Shown here one piece after another: positions 12,701 through 24,304 of a DNA stretch of 64,000 nucleotides. The position numbers and the translations under genes were made by a program. This stretch comes from Yuukianura sp. NJ FZ-2021. Its lineage: Eukaryota. Under the pieces are notes generated by a model. That model did not search any database. It was not told where the DNA came from and worked only from the letters and a program-made list of their open reading frames with translations. How positions within the stretch are numbered: the first letter of the stretch is position 1; every line of letters starts with the position of its first letter. Location: contig CM102286.1 in the NCBI GenBank assembly GCA_046563655.1, forward strand, positions 5,270,001-5,334,000. Direction: 5' to 3'.

Positions 12701-13379
12701 TACTGTATTGATCCAGCAGCACTCGTTAACTTGATATTCCGGTTTCAGGGATCTTGCAATGCATAATATTTTGCTGGGTGAAAACGGGCATATTCTCATA
12801 TCATTGAAAGCGCAGTGGCCAAATGTTGACCAATCGATTTCTCCTGCTATAATCAACGAATATACTGCTCCGGAAATAGTTCTAAGTATTGGAGACTCTT
12901 GTACAAAACCACACCCTTCCTGTGATTTTTGGAGTCTCGGAGCTTTACTGTTTCAGATTTTCACCGGGCAGGTACGTACACCGGAAAGTCAATTAATTCT
13001 AACGGCCTGATTTATTACCTATTTTGATTTCGTAAAGTTTTTTTTTTAATTCATGTTACGTTGAAACAGAGTGTACATGACGTACATCCCGAAGGTTTTC
13101 ATGCTCAAACGATAATCCGGATACCGAACACAAATACGTTAGGAGAGAAAATATCTGCTGATGTACGATCCTTACTTACTGAGGTGAGTACTGTTAGTAA
13201 CCTTGGTCCGAATTTTAATATGCCTGTCGTTACTGAATACTGGTGTAAATTAATTTTTTGCCAAGCTTCTTGAAGTGAATCCTACACTGCGGCTTGGGTT
13301 CTACGGTGCCGAAGAAATCAAGTCCCACCCATGCTTCGATGGATTCGATTGGGAGCTGGCGTCTCCCGTATTTGGCTAG
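9741..13379 (+). CDS. RPS6KC1: Ribosomal protein S6 kinase delta-1-like (PX + MIT + split pseudokinase), about 11 exons
   Basis: PX domain (HKKGFTVYKVTSK...VWKRYNDFKKLH...FPEFPK...VIEER). MIT-like segment (AQDNESNGNFQDAFTSYKEGIRVLLDG...EKYLSLAE). Kinase N-lobe (FVLKVL...VPFMAKLYK...AGGKL), then a long low-complexity insert, then the C-lobe (WAAEMIICLEKFHSLG...RDL..NILL...YTAPE...DFWSLGALLF...RLG...EEIKSHP). Stop TAG at 13377-13379. Confidence 0.9.
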
Positions 13380-13850
13380 CCGGAGCGCTAACGCTGCTCG
13401 CCTTATTATATGGAACAAAAAAATTTTTGTGATATAATTTTAATACTTGTGATTCAGCTTTACATTTATCTTTACATACAACAAGTTCTTTTTACAACGC
13501 GCAAACTTGTCATGTTCCTGTAATGTTTTGATTGTCTACCTAGATATGAACATGGTTTGAACAAATCCCTTGCTTACATATCAAAGATTTTGATTTTGGT
13601 TTCGAGAAATGACTCTGATTACAACCAGACATTTTATTTTTAATCGTGTTGAATTTCTCTGTGGTAACCGCCCAATACAATTTCAATTGTGTTGAATTTG
13701 TGAAGAGCATATTTACGAATTCAGGAAATTATTTGAGAAGAGCTCTCTGAACACTTCGACGGTATAGCTGGAAGGAGTCTATTAGGTAAATTTTGACATA
13801 TTTTTGAATTAACGAAGGCTTATGATTTTAATGTTTGCAGTAGCTCCACC

Positions 13851-15114
13851 ATGTCGTCTCACACAGAAGGGGTCGCCTCGACAGGAAGATGGAATCTGCA
13901 TGTGAATGAAGATGGCGACGACAGCGTGGGAGATTTGTCACTATCCAGTAGCGCGCAAGACACAACTCTGGAGAAGATACGATATCTCTTCTTCAATGTA
14001 GTTGCCCCGCTGCATCGGCTGTCCAACATCATCTTCGCCGCTGAAGAAGACCAGAGCCTCGGAGACTTGAAGTATCCAGAAGATCTCTTACAAATTTCAC
14101 CTGATTCATACGAAACGTTTTCACAAATTGATGAAACCGAGTTCAATGAAACTTCATGCGACCAGTTACTGGAAAGCTCCGCGTTGTCACTGGATCCTTC
14201 CTATCAAGTCCTTCAAGTGACCCCAGAAGAGCCAAATTCCAAATTGAGCGTCGGTTTTGAAGAACCGCCTGCTCGGCCGGAAAGATGTTCTACTTTGGTG
14301 CCATGTCGCTACGCAAGCAGCGGATGCAGAGGTAAAATTTGATTTTAATTAAAATAATGGTGATTTTTTTAAAGTTAGTTTTTTTTTTTAGAAATGGTTA
14401 ACCCATGTACCGTCTCGGAAATGAATCACATGAAGTCCTGCAGATATCGGCCGCTTGAATGCATTGTTGGTGGTTGCGAAAAGGACGTTCCGTGTCACAG
14501 CTTCCTGATCCACTTGAATCAACATTTCATTTACCCAATTTATGGACACAAATTGACCACCTCCGTTGTCATTTCAATTGCAAACTTTGAATCTGGCGGG
14601 ACATGGCTTCCGAAATGGCTCAGTGTCCAGAACAGACATTTCTTCGTGATGCTCCGACGTTTTGACCATGGTCTCTGGGCATCATGGGTTTGGACTTTTG
14701 GAGATGATGGGGATGCAGAAGGATTTGTATCCAGAATCAGTTGCTTCAAGAATTTCAAATGCATCACGGGCGTTCACCCTGTCCATTCCATTCGCAAAAA
14801 GCAGGAAGAAATTGCCAAATCTGAGCAGTGCCTCTTGATTTCTGATGATACGATGAAGGCTTTTACTGGAATCGAGCAAAAATTGGTTGCCGGTAACATA
14901 TTCATGAATTTCACCAAACCTCTTTAGATTTGCTATATTTTTTTAAACTTTGTTTCTAGACATGGCGTTCAACGTGCAAATCATTGACAAAGCTGAATCT
15001 CAAACGCCACAAAACAAGGACGTTGAAGATGAAGTTTCCACGGTTTCAAGCGCGTCCACCGCTGTATCCATCACTCCCACAAATACCGAAACCTCTGTTA
15101 TGCTTTCAACCTAA
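13851..15114 (+). CDS. Seven-in-absentia (SIAH/Sina)-like protein with zinc fingers and substrate-binding domain but no RING
   Basis: Exons 13851-14331, 14392-14892 and 14960-15114. VPCRYASSGCREMVNPCTVSEMNHMKSCRYRPLECIVGGC...HLNQH matches the Sina zinc-finger region (PCKYASSGC...H...C.FRP..C....C...HL...H). It is followed by a TRAF-like SBD (W...QNRHFFVML...WVWTFG...AEGF...VHSI...CL). Confidence 0.8.
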
Positions 15115-16776
15115 ATCATTCGAAATTCATAATCAAAACTTTTAAACTAAATTCCAAATTTGAGATTCATATGTTTGTACCTGCAATTTTTTTTTGTAAG
15201 TTTCAATGGGACGTTGAACGCGTATTACGATTGGGTAAATCTCGACACGCAGTGTCAAATTATGTCTAACTTAAAAAAAAGTTAATAGGTCTGAGCGGTG
15301 ATTTGTTTTATTCATGTTGAACGGCTAAGCTGTTTTCAGAAATTGGTTGTTTTCGCCGCGTGAATCGTTTGCGGCTAAGAAATTAAAGATTTATATCGTA
15401 CGAGTACTTGGAAAAATTAGTTGATTAGCCTTAATCAATCGGCTATTAGTCGAAGGTACACGCGATCCTGGGAGTTTCCTATTGTTATTTTTCCTACCAG
15501 CATCTTTTGTGAGCAATAATTATGTTCGATTAAATTGTCAGTTAAGATTTCGTGTCGACAAAAGCATAGTGGTCAGTTCATGCCAGCGCAAAACATCACA
15601 GGAATGTTTCTGAGCTGACTAACGCAATAAATGTCAAGGAATAAGTTTTTTGAAGTTTTGAAAATAAGAGAGTTTTTTTTAAAGAATTTTTTTAAGGCTG
15701 TTCAAATTTTGAATGGAAAAGGGTACGTGCATGGATGCTTCAAAAATTTCAAGATTTTTTACAAGGCGTAAAAATAGTCATAAATTGTTGACAATATCCA
15801 GGAAATGGACGTTTTACGTTTTTTTAGTTAAAGTCTCCCCCACTTGTTTGGGTTTTCAAAAATTTTATGTCATTTTTTCAAGGTTGATTTTTTAACATTA
15901 GACTCGGGTCTTCCAAAACTTTCCTTTAACTTTCTGACGAGGCGGTTAACCCAGTATAACACAAAGCTTAACTTGCCAAAGAAAATCAAGGTCCTTGACT
16001 AAATTGTTTGAAACTGTTACCGCCATCATCAAAGTTGTGGGGTGACAACGCGTCGTTTTCTATAGCAGATGAACAACCCGACGACGTTGCTGCAGTTTTC
16101 CAACTTTTCGCTGCGGTTTTTTCTGTCTCAAAGTGTCATCTACAATTTCAAGGACTCTGGGACCTGGGACACGAAAAAGGAAGAACGAAGTGGATCGGAT
16201 TCACTTTTATCGGAACGAATTATCTGTGATGACTTTCTCTTATTTACGCCGACGGATCTCTATATCGCTTTTTCAATGGAACTAGCGCTTTCTACACTTG
16301 AAGTGAGACACTCCACATGTATTACCACCATGAGAACCTGTATAGAATAGGTTTTTGAATTTCCAAAATGACTCTACATTTCGAAAACATATACCAATGT
16401 TACATGAAATTCATCATTAAAACTATCACTTCACGTGATACTGAAACATGAGTGTTACTCCTACTATTACCTCGGTTAATATTTTTACTACTTTTTGCAA
16501 TTCAGTTTATGCAATTATCCTAATTTCGCAATTTTTCTCCGTAAGTTGAATTTGACATGAATTTTCCGCCGAACTGCGTGAGTTCGGCTACTTTTCAAAA
16601 ACACTTTTCGAAAGGCGTTGGAGTTGTTCAAGGGCATCCGGTATGATCTCATCTTTTCTGGCTGTCAGAAAGTGAAAACAAAATGACAAGCAATTTTGAT
16701 ATTTAATGAAAGGCTAAATGTTATTAAGGAAATTACAGTACTTTAGGTTCATTGGGCCTAATGGAAGTTGCATACA

Positions 16777-16789
16777 AGGTCATTGACAT
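16777..16789. promoter_or_regulatory. IR1 nuclear-receptor (EcR/USP-type) site candidate
   Basis: AGGTCA-T-TGACAT, one mismatch to perfect IR1. An hsp27-EcRE-like GGTTCATTGGGCC lies ~30 bp upstream (16746-16758). Confidence 0.4.
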
Positions 16790-19700
16790 GACATGCACAT
16801 GTAACCCCCCTTGCTGACTTGACTTGATTAGTGCTCATCTAATTCACTGAAAGGGGGAAGCGGAAGCTGTAATTTCCTTCATTAGATTCATCACTTCAGA
16901 AATGAAGACAGAATGGGAAAGGGGTAACTTTCCAATTCTACATCAATGTCTCTAATGTTTGTCATGAATTCAAAACCAAGCGGGGAAGAGGAGGATCTAA
17001 CGGATAATGTAAATAACGTATGCATTTCACTTTCACTTTGAATATAAAAACGGATTTATGTGACAGACAAACCCCAGAAATAGAATTTTCTTCGCTCCGT
17101 TTTGGAAAATCTAAAAGCAGGATTCTGAAAAAGAAACTTTAAAATGCCTTATTTTTTGCACCAATTTCTGAAAATGTTTAATCCTGCGACCAATTGTGAC
17201 TGACCACTTACAATCAAAGGACTTAATGGGCTTGAGGTTGGCAAATGTTCTCAATTGAATGGACTTTTTTGTGATCCTCTGAATTGAATCCTGTAAAAAA
17301 AGTGTCCATTTGGACCGAATTTCAGCTTCTGTGGTAATTTCCGGAACAGGGGTTCTTCGATGATGGGAGTTTTCAAGAAATTGATTTCTATCTTCTGGCA
17401 GGATCTCATATATTCTGGCTTCCGAACTGTTGACCATCATCCTCCAAATCGGTTGGACATTTCTCCTGGGGTGGATATGTCTCCAGGAGAACCATGGAAA
17501 CAGATACTTGTTCAGTGGTCAGCATTTCATTACGCGTAGTGCCTTTCTTTCCCTCCCATTTTCACCCTCATGGAAAGCAGGGAAGCAGTGAAAATCAAAT
17601 AATACAATGAGTCAGACGTCCTTTTACCAAAAGTTGGCGTCCTGGAAGGGGATCCACAGAGGGTATCGTTCCAATTGGTGATTTTATAACTGCTACTAAT
17701 CAGGATCTATTGTCATTTCCAACGGTAGTGGTTTATATCAGCGCGATGTGATGATTTCATTCGACAAGGGATACATTTACAAAGGAAATCATAAAAAAAT
17801 CTTAAATTTTATGACAAAAAACACAATTCATTTTTTTTGTCAAGTTTTTTTATTTTTCTACGAAACATTTCCGGATGATTTTTCTGGATCTGTGTTTCAG
17901 ATCAGTTTAAAAATTTCAAAACAGCGCCTTACTCACGACATGTCTCCAGATTTTTTTTTTTAGTAAAAGTCAGAATTATGCAAGCGAGTGCACTGCTAGC
18001 CTTGACATTAATGCTATGCAAATACGACAATGAAGAATGAACTTGGCAGACTCAAAAATTGCAATATTTTTCTTCGGGAGGTTATTCCTATGTTATGTTT
18101 TGGCAGTCGTATCAGGTCCTGGAAAACTGACACAAAACTTTTCATCTGGAAGTCAAACAAGGAATCTTGTCATAAATCTTATTGGACCTCCCCGACCTCC
18201 CCCTGATGCATCCATTTCCATTGTTTTCCTATTCACTTTTTGGAAAGTCAAGATACTTTGGACAAGGCGGAGAAAACAATGGAATTCCCTAAACGCTTCG
18301 TCAAACTCGACTTTGTGTGATTGATTTGAGTCCGAGATTGAGTCTAATGGAATATTTCCCAGCTGCATTGTCTTCCGCTGTCAAGCGAATATTAACCATC
18401 CAAAAGCCCTATCTATATCTGTCAATTCACGATTCTTCCAACCCATTTCAAGTTACTGGACTGAAAATATGCCAAATCGGTCAGTAAACTTTCCCTAAAT
18501 TGACTTTCAGGAGCTTTCTCTTTGAGATTTCAGCTATTACTCACTACGATGAAAAACTGCAAGCTCGGTTGCTTTCTTTTTAAATACAAAAAAAAAAAAT
18601 TAAAAATAGAAGCTCATATTTTTTCCATTGGTTAAGATCATGTTTGAGTTTGCCCTTATCATTTGACTGGTTTCCGAAACCGTAACAAAACGACGACGGG
18701 TAAAAAGTAACTTTTTGGCACAAGGGTAACAAAAATGTTGAAAAAAAAGTAATAAAATTCTGCGGTACCACGCAGTACCTCTCTCTGCATATTCTGGGTT
18801 GCGCATTGATGTTGAAAAAACGCATGAAAAATATCCATTTCTGGGCACGTGCCTCACCGCTTGCTATCGTTCCTTAAATTCTAAACGGTAAAAGTGGAAA
18901 TGATGAAATCAGAAGATTGCATTTGTTGAAAATGAGGAAGCGACGACGACGGAAACCGGAATACAAAAAAGAAAACGAGAAAGGTGGGGTGCTAAGAAAT
19001 TCATTGAAAAGGTTAAGCGGTTCCAAATTCTGTTTCTGGCCCGTGTTTCGGTTTGGAGTTGCCTGGTTCGACGGATGAAAAGTCAATTTAAATTGAAATG
19101 AGATTTTTTGAAAGAAAACGGAAGGAAGCAGAGGAGGAATAATCAGCCCATAAATGTATCGAGTCACGTCTATACTCTCCTGTACAAAGGAAACGGAAGG
19201 GCTCAAAGGACCCAATTATAGAGAAAGCACCCAAATAAATTGGAACCAAACCAAAGTTGGAAGGCGTGAAAATTGGATCTTCTTTTCCTTTCAATGTGTC
19301 TGATTGATCAATTAAATGTCACTGATCAAATACATTTCATCGCTGGACGCTTTGGGGTTTCAACCTCTCACTTTTTACGTTTTCCACAAAGTGCTCATCT
19401 GTGCATTCACAAATTCAAATTGAATTTGAAAAAGCATCGCAGGAGCAGGAATTTTGCTGAAAAGTTTTCTGAGTGGCTCATCATTTACAAAGTATGGCTG
19501 GCTTAAATATTAACCAAAGTAAGAAATTTCAATTCGCTAAAATGAATTCATTTCTTGATGTTTTCACTGCGACGCTCTATTTCGAAATTCAAAAACCTCT
19601 TAACTTTCTCTCTAAAATCTAAAACAACACATTAGAAAAGGCGAATCAAAATCGACACTTTTCTGTAGTAGTAGATCTTTTGACATTTGTAAATTATGTA

Positions 19701-22700
19701 AATAGCTGGTAACTTCTTTTTGGTTATATTCACGCCTGCTACATTATGTTCGTGTTTTTTAGTTGCGGAAGTTTCGATATAATTTTGGCTAATCCAGTCA
19801 CCGTATATTTTGATGTCACTGCTGAATTTAAAATGATATTAACATTAGGCAGATGCGACAGGTTTTGAAATTTGCGTAAATTCTTAGACGTTCCATACGT
19901 CGAGGGAGACTGAAATGGGAATGAAGTGTCCCGAGCGTTAATTAGAATGTGCCACCCGCATCCTAAATGAGAGAAGTGTCTAATCCACTACGTGAGATAA
20001 CCGCAAATCACGCTGATTCATCTTCACTCCACATCTTTAATGATCCCGTCTTCGCATCTGTGGTCCTGTTACTCCCACGAGGTGTGTACTCCCACCTCCA
20101 CTTCCCCAGAATTAAAAAAAATTGAAACTCACGAAAACAACTCATTCGTAGTGCACGATTTCAAAAAGCTTTCTCCAATGTGAAAAGCTTAGAAGCAAAC
20201 TTTCTCCATTTTCGATTGTTCAGAACATTTCATCTTCGTCATCTTGATTTTCTTCCAGATTTAAAATTCTCAACTTTCTTCCTACTAAGAATGGTGAAAT
20301 ACACTTAAATGCTTAAGAAGTAATAGTTAAATCGCGAACTAACGCAGTATTTGTGTGGAAAAGTGTAGAGGAGATGAGACGCGCGGAGATGCATCAAGAT
20401 GTGGCATCCCTGAGGGACCAGCAGCCCTTTGATCGCTTCTGTTCGACGTGGTTCAAATTCCATTAAGAGGCGTAGTAACTCGTCAGTCGAAGTTGTCGAA
20501 GTGTGGGTCCATCTCCCCAAGGCCAATCGTTGACTGAGGAATGATCAAGTACTTGGATGGATGGAAAGATACTTGTATCAACATCGCAAGTATCATTCTT
20601 CCCGCACGTCCAGATGTGCCTTTCCTTCGTTAATTGGTAACTTTCTCTCTGAATTTCTCAACTTTCGGATGATGCTCTCTGGGAAGTTAATGTAGTTAGG
20701 AAAAGACCGGGAGTTTTGTTGCGAAAAGAATGTGGTCACAAGATCCTTATACGATTTACGTCTCGACTGATTCAGGCTTGACAGCTCGGAAGAAGCAATA
20801 ACTACACAAGACAGGCGGAATCCAAACATGAAATCGCGTATCAGGTCACTCATAGGAATCTTGAATGACCAAACACGGTACTTTTCACACTTTCTGCATC
20901 ACGAAACTCGCACACTAAGGACAAGAAAATCACCCGCTTTTGCTAAATAAGGGTTGCATGAATATTTATAATCTTGTTGACAAGCCTGTCGGTGGATTAT
21001 CTGAAGTTGGAAGACTTGCAAACTCCATTAGGAATTTCCTATCTTGCAAATTCCCTCAGTCAAAAATTTTCACGATATCTTGAAAAAAAAACGAAATAAA
21101 ATTTAGGTACTTTTGGTACTCAAGAAAAATGATTTGTAGTTTTTACGCAGAAGTATTTAAACCTGATCTACTCAATGAAACACGAGAGAAAAAAAACTCG
21201 TTGAAAACTATTTAATTTGAAAACCGGATTTTGGAGGGGAGAAAAACAATGGCGCAATTAGAGCTTTTTTTCAAAGCCTGAAAAGTTCAGTTATGCATTA
21301 TGCTTGAATGATCAAGCACAAATCAAAGTTGGCCGATTGGAGATTACGATCTCTGGGCTTAATTGGGACTTAATTGGAGCCAAACAATGATTCCAGAGAT
21401 TTCTGATTCAGATCTATGATTTAAACGAGTTGATTCAACAAAAAGACGCCCACATTTTACATTTGTTTGAAGGTTTCCAGCTATTTAGTATAAAAAAAAA
21501 GCTGACCTCTAAAAAGTTTTAAAACCCAAGAAAGAACGAATCGAACAGTAAAGAAAAAGATTGGAATCCTACCTGGTAAAAAACAAAAAAAAAAAAAACA
21601 GAGGTGACCAAAACCAAAACATTCTTCAAAATGATACAGTAAGCGCTACGTATATCTAAAAAAAATTTTTTTTTAGTATAAACAGTTAACGAAGACATTC
21701 GATTAATTTACATCGCGTTCAAACAATTTCTGGCTGGTCGCTCAATTTGGTTTATCTAAGAATCTAAACGTGTCTGACGGTATTGATTCTGATACAAAAT
21801 TTAATATTGTAATACTCCAGTTTGACAATAACGGAACGACGCTGTCAACTTTCCAGATCTCGCCCCAGTCTGGTAAAAGCGACCAATTCAGAATCAGCTC
21901 AACCCGTTTGAACACAAGGAAACAAATCTGAAGGCTTGACTCGTAAAATTGTGGATAATAAATTATTGCTGGATTTGTCATTTTGGAAACAACGCTGTTA
22001 TTCCTCCCCCTCTGCTCAAAATATTGAATAGCCTTTTTTTAGAATAACTTTTTCCAACATTTGAAATAACCCTGAGTTTTCCAAAACTCAAAACTGTGCG
22101 TGGGGCACTTCCTGGACTTTTGTCCCAACTGAAATAGTTTTTTATTTCTAAAACATCATCGTCGTACCAAGGAGAGGCAGCGGGGAGGCTCTGTCGGGCA
22201 TTTGGAAGTTGAAAGAAGATGAAAAAAGGGCTGTGGGAGAGCGCTTTTTTTAAATTCATATTTATAGCCTCAAGTTGGAGGGTTACGTCGTTAAGGTTAC
22301 TAATTTCCTAACTTCATGTGTTCATCGAGCATCCATGCATATTAGTCGCTTGAGCTCTCAAAAGTTATGGTAGAACCAGAAGAAAAGATATGCCTTTCAC
22401 TACGGGTTCTTGTCTCTTTTTTAAGGGGAATGAATAAGGGAGTGGAGTTTAGACATTTTTTGAAAAAGAAACTTTTTTTAAATTTGCCGGTGGGCGAAGT
22501 TCGTCATTTCTGCTTGCCTCCATTTTGTCTACTCCTCCTCTGGAAAGTTCATCGTTTTCGGAGGAATAGAACAGTGCTCAACTGCCGTCTATTAATTATA
22601 TAAAGGAACCGTCTCCATAAATTTGCCTCCTTTCCAGCACCCGACTAATACGCTGGTGCTCGACTTATTCATCGTCCGCCACAACTCAAAATCGCTGCAT

Positions 22701-23219
22701 GCTGCATACTGCTCCACATATGCAGATGCTCTTATTTATGGGTTCACTCTTCCAGCGACTAGGAAATAACACGAGATCATGATTTATTGAAAAACCTTAT
22801 TACAAACTCAGCGTTCTGGAAAAAATCCTGTTCAGGAAGCTTTCACAGCTCACCTAGTCTCATACACTTTTTCCGCATCATCCTTTTTCGGAAAAATTTT
22901 TTTGGAAGGTGATAATGGCATGTTTAAAACAAGCGTCAAATTCCTTGGCAACATGCTAATGCCTGCTGAACCAAAAATGTCAACAAACAATTTTCTCCTA
23001 CAAAAAAAAAAAAAAATTCTCCTACTTTTCGCAAAAAAAAAAAATACTCTGCAGTTGCTGCTTTTTTTCCTGAAAAATACGCGACGGGTCACCCAACCGG
23101 TTGCATCACTCCCGTTGTGAGTTTGATTGAATTTTGGAAAACACCAAGCTCAAATACAAAAATAGCAACAAACTTTGTTTTTGCTTAGGAAAGTTTCAAG
23201 GATCCGACTTTTTTTGAAA

Positions 23220-24304
23220 ATGGAGGAAATTGGAGTTCCGGAGGGAGAACTTACACTGGTCAAGTACAACAGTCCAGAATTGGTTACAACCATGACATTG
23301 GCGGTAAATTTTTTGAATTGACATAAAACTAAATTGGCACTCAAATGTTTAAAAAACTATCATTATTTCTGAATAATTTTGAAATTAGGAGCTTGTGGAG
23401 AAACCTGGATTCACTGAAGACGGACTGCCACTTCAGCCTTACTCCATTTTGAACGACATTTTGCCTCCCCTGGAATGGGTTTCTAAAGGAAAGAAGTGGC
23501 GCCAAACTGTAAAACTTCGTTGAAACTTTCTGGTCAAATCAATTTGGACCTTGTGTAAATAGAGTTCTAATTACAAAATTGGCAGGTTTCAACTGTCCCT
23601 GCCACTCGGAGCGATGTAATTCGACTTCAAGAGCTTCTGGATCGACGCCTCAAGGAACACAAAGCACGTGAGCTCGGGATTTGTCACATTCGGCGTGGGC
23701 TGTACCAGCAGCTTCTTGGTACGAATGATTTTGCAGGGCTTCTAGAATAGTAGCTGCCTCTGTCTACAGTATTTCTGTTCTTCTAATTTAATTCCAAGTT
23801 CCAGCAGAGCCCTAATTATTTCTTTGATCTCCCAGATGAACTCATTCGCCAAGTGGCAATTGAAAGTTCAGAGCGGGGGATTCTGTTGGATCGGATCAAG
23901 CGGGAATTCGGTCAGACGATTCAAGAGTACGAGGCGATTTACAAGAGTGCAACGGCCTTTGGTATTCGAAAACGAATGGAGTATGATACTGCAAAGGAGG
24001 AACTGGAAAAGCATCTCTACGAGTATCCAATTGAAAATGAAGGACTCAAAAGTTCAATTGAGACGCTCAGGGAACAAATTGAGGAAGTACGTCAAGCTGG
24101 TCTGGAGGCTCGGGCGGAGCTCTTGGCACATCGTGAGGAAGAAATTGTCGCAATGAAGGCAGCTAACGAAGCACTTAAGGTGGAAGTCATGCGCAGAATT
24201 TAATTTAGAGTGACTTTGAATTAATCTTTATGACTTTATTTGTTTTACTATTTTAGGTTCAAATCTGGAGTGTTCTCTTTCCCAAAAATACTGGCAATAA
24301 TTAA
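23220..24304 (+). CDS. DNALI1: Axonemal dynein light intermediate chain 1 (p28 / 33 kDa inner-arm light chain)
   Basis: Phase-compatible exons 23220-23303, 23389-23508, 23586-23718, 23836-24179 and 24257-24304. Motifs TLVKYNSP, ILNDILPPLEW, WRQTVSTVPATRSDVIRLQELLDRRL...ARELGICHIRRGLYQQLLDELIRQV...ERGILLDRIKRE, Y.S..AFGIRK are characteristic of the p28 family. Confidence 0.93.

Noticed and set aside
11415..13379. Degenerate catalytic motifs in the RPS6KC1 kinase domain as a novelty
   Set aside because: A split, probably inactive kinase domain is already known for the RPS6KC1 family.
16000..20900. ORFs at 16069, 17111, 18153, 20305 and 20593 as one gene
   Set aside because: I could not assemble phase-compatible exons, neighbouring frames hit stops, and no domain is recognisable.
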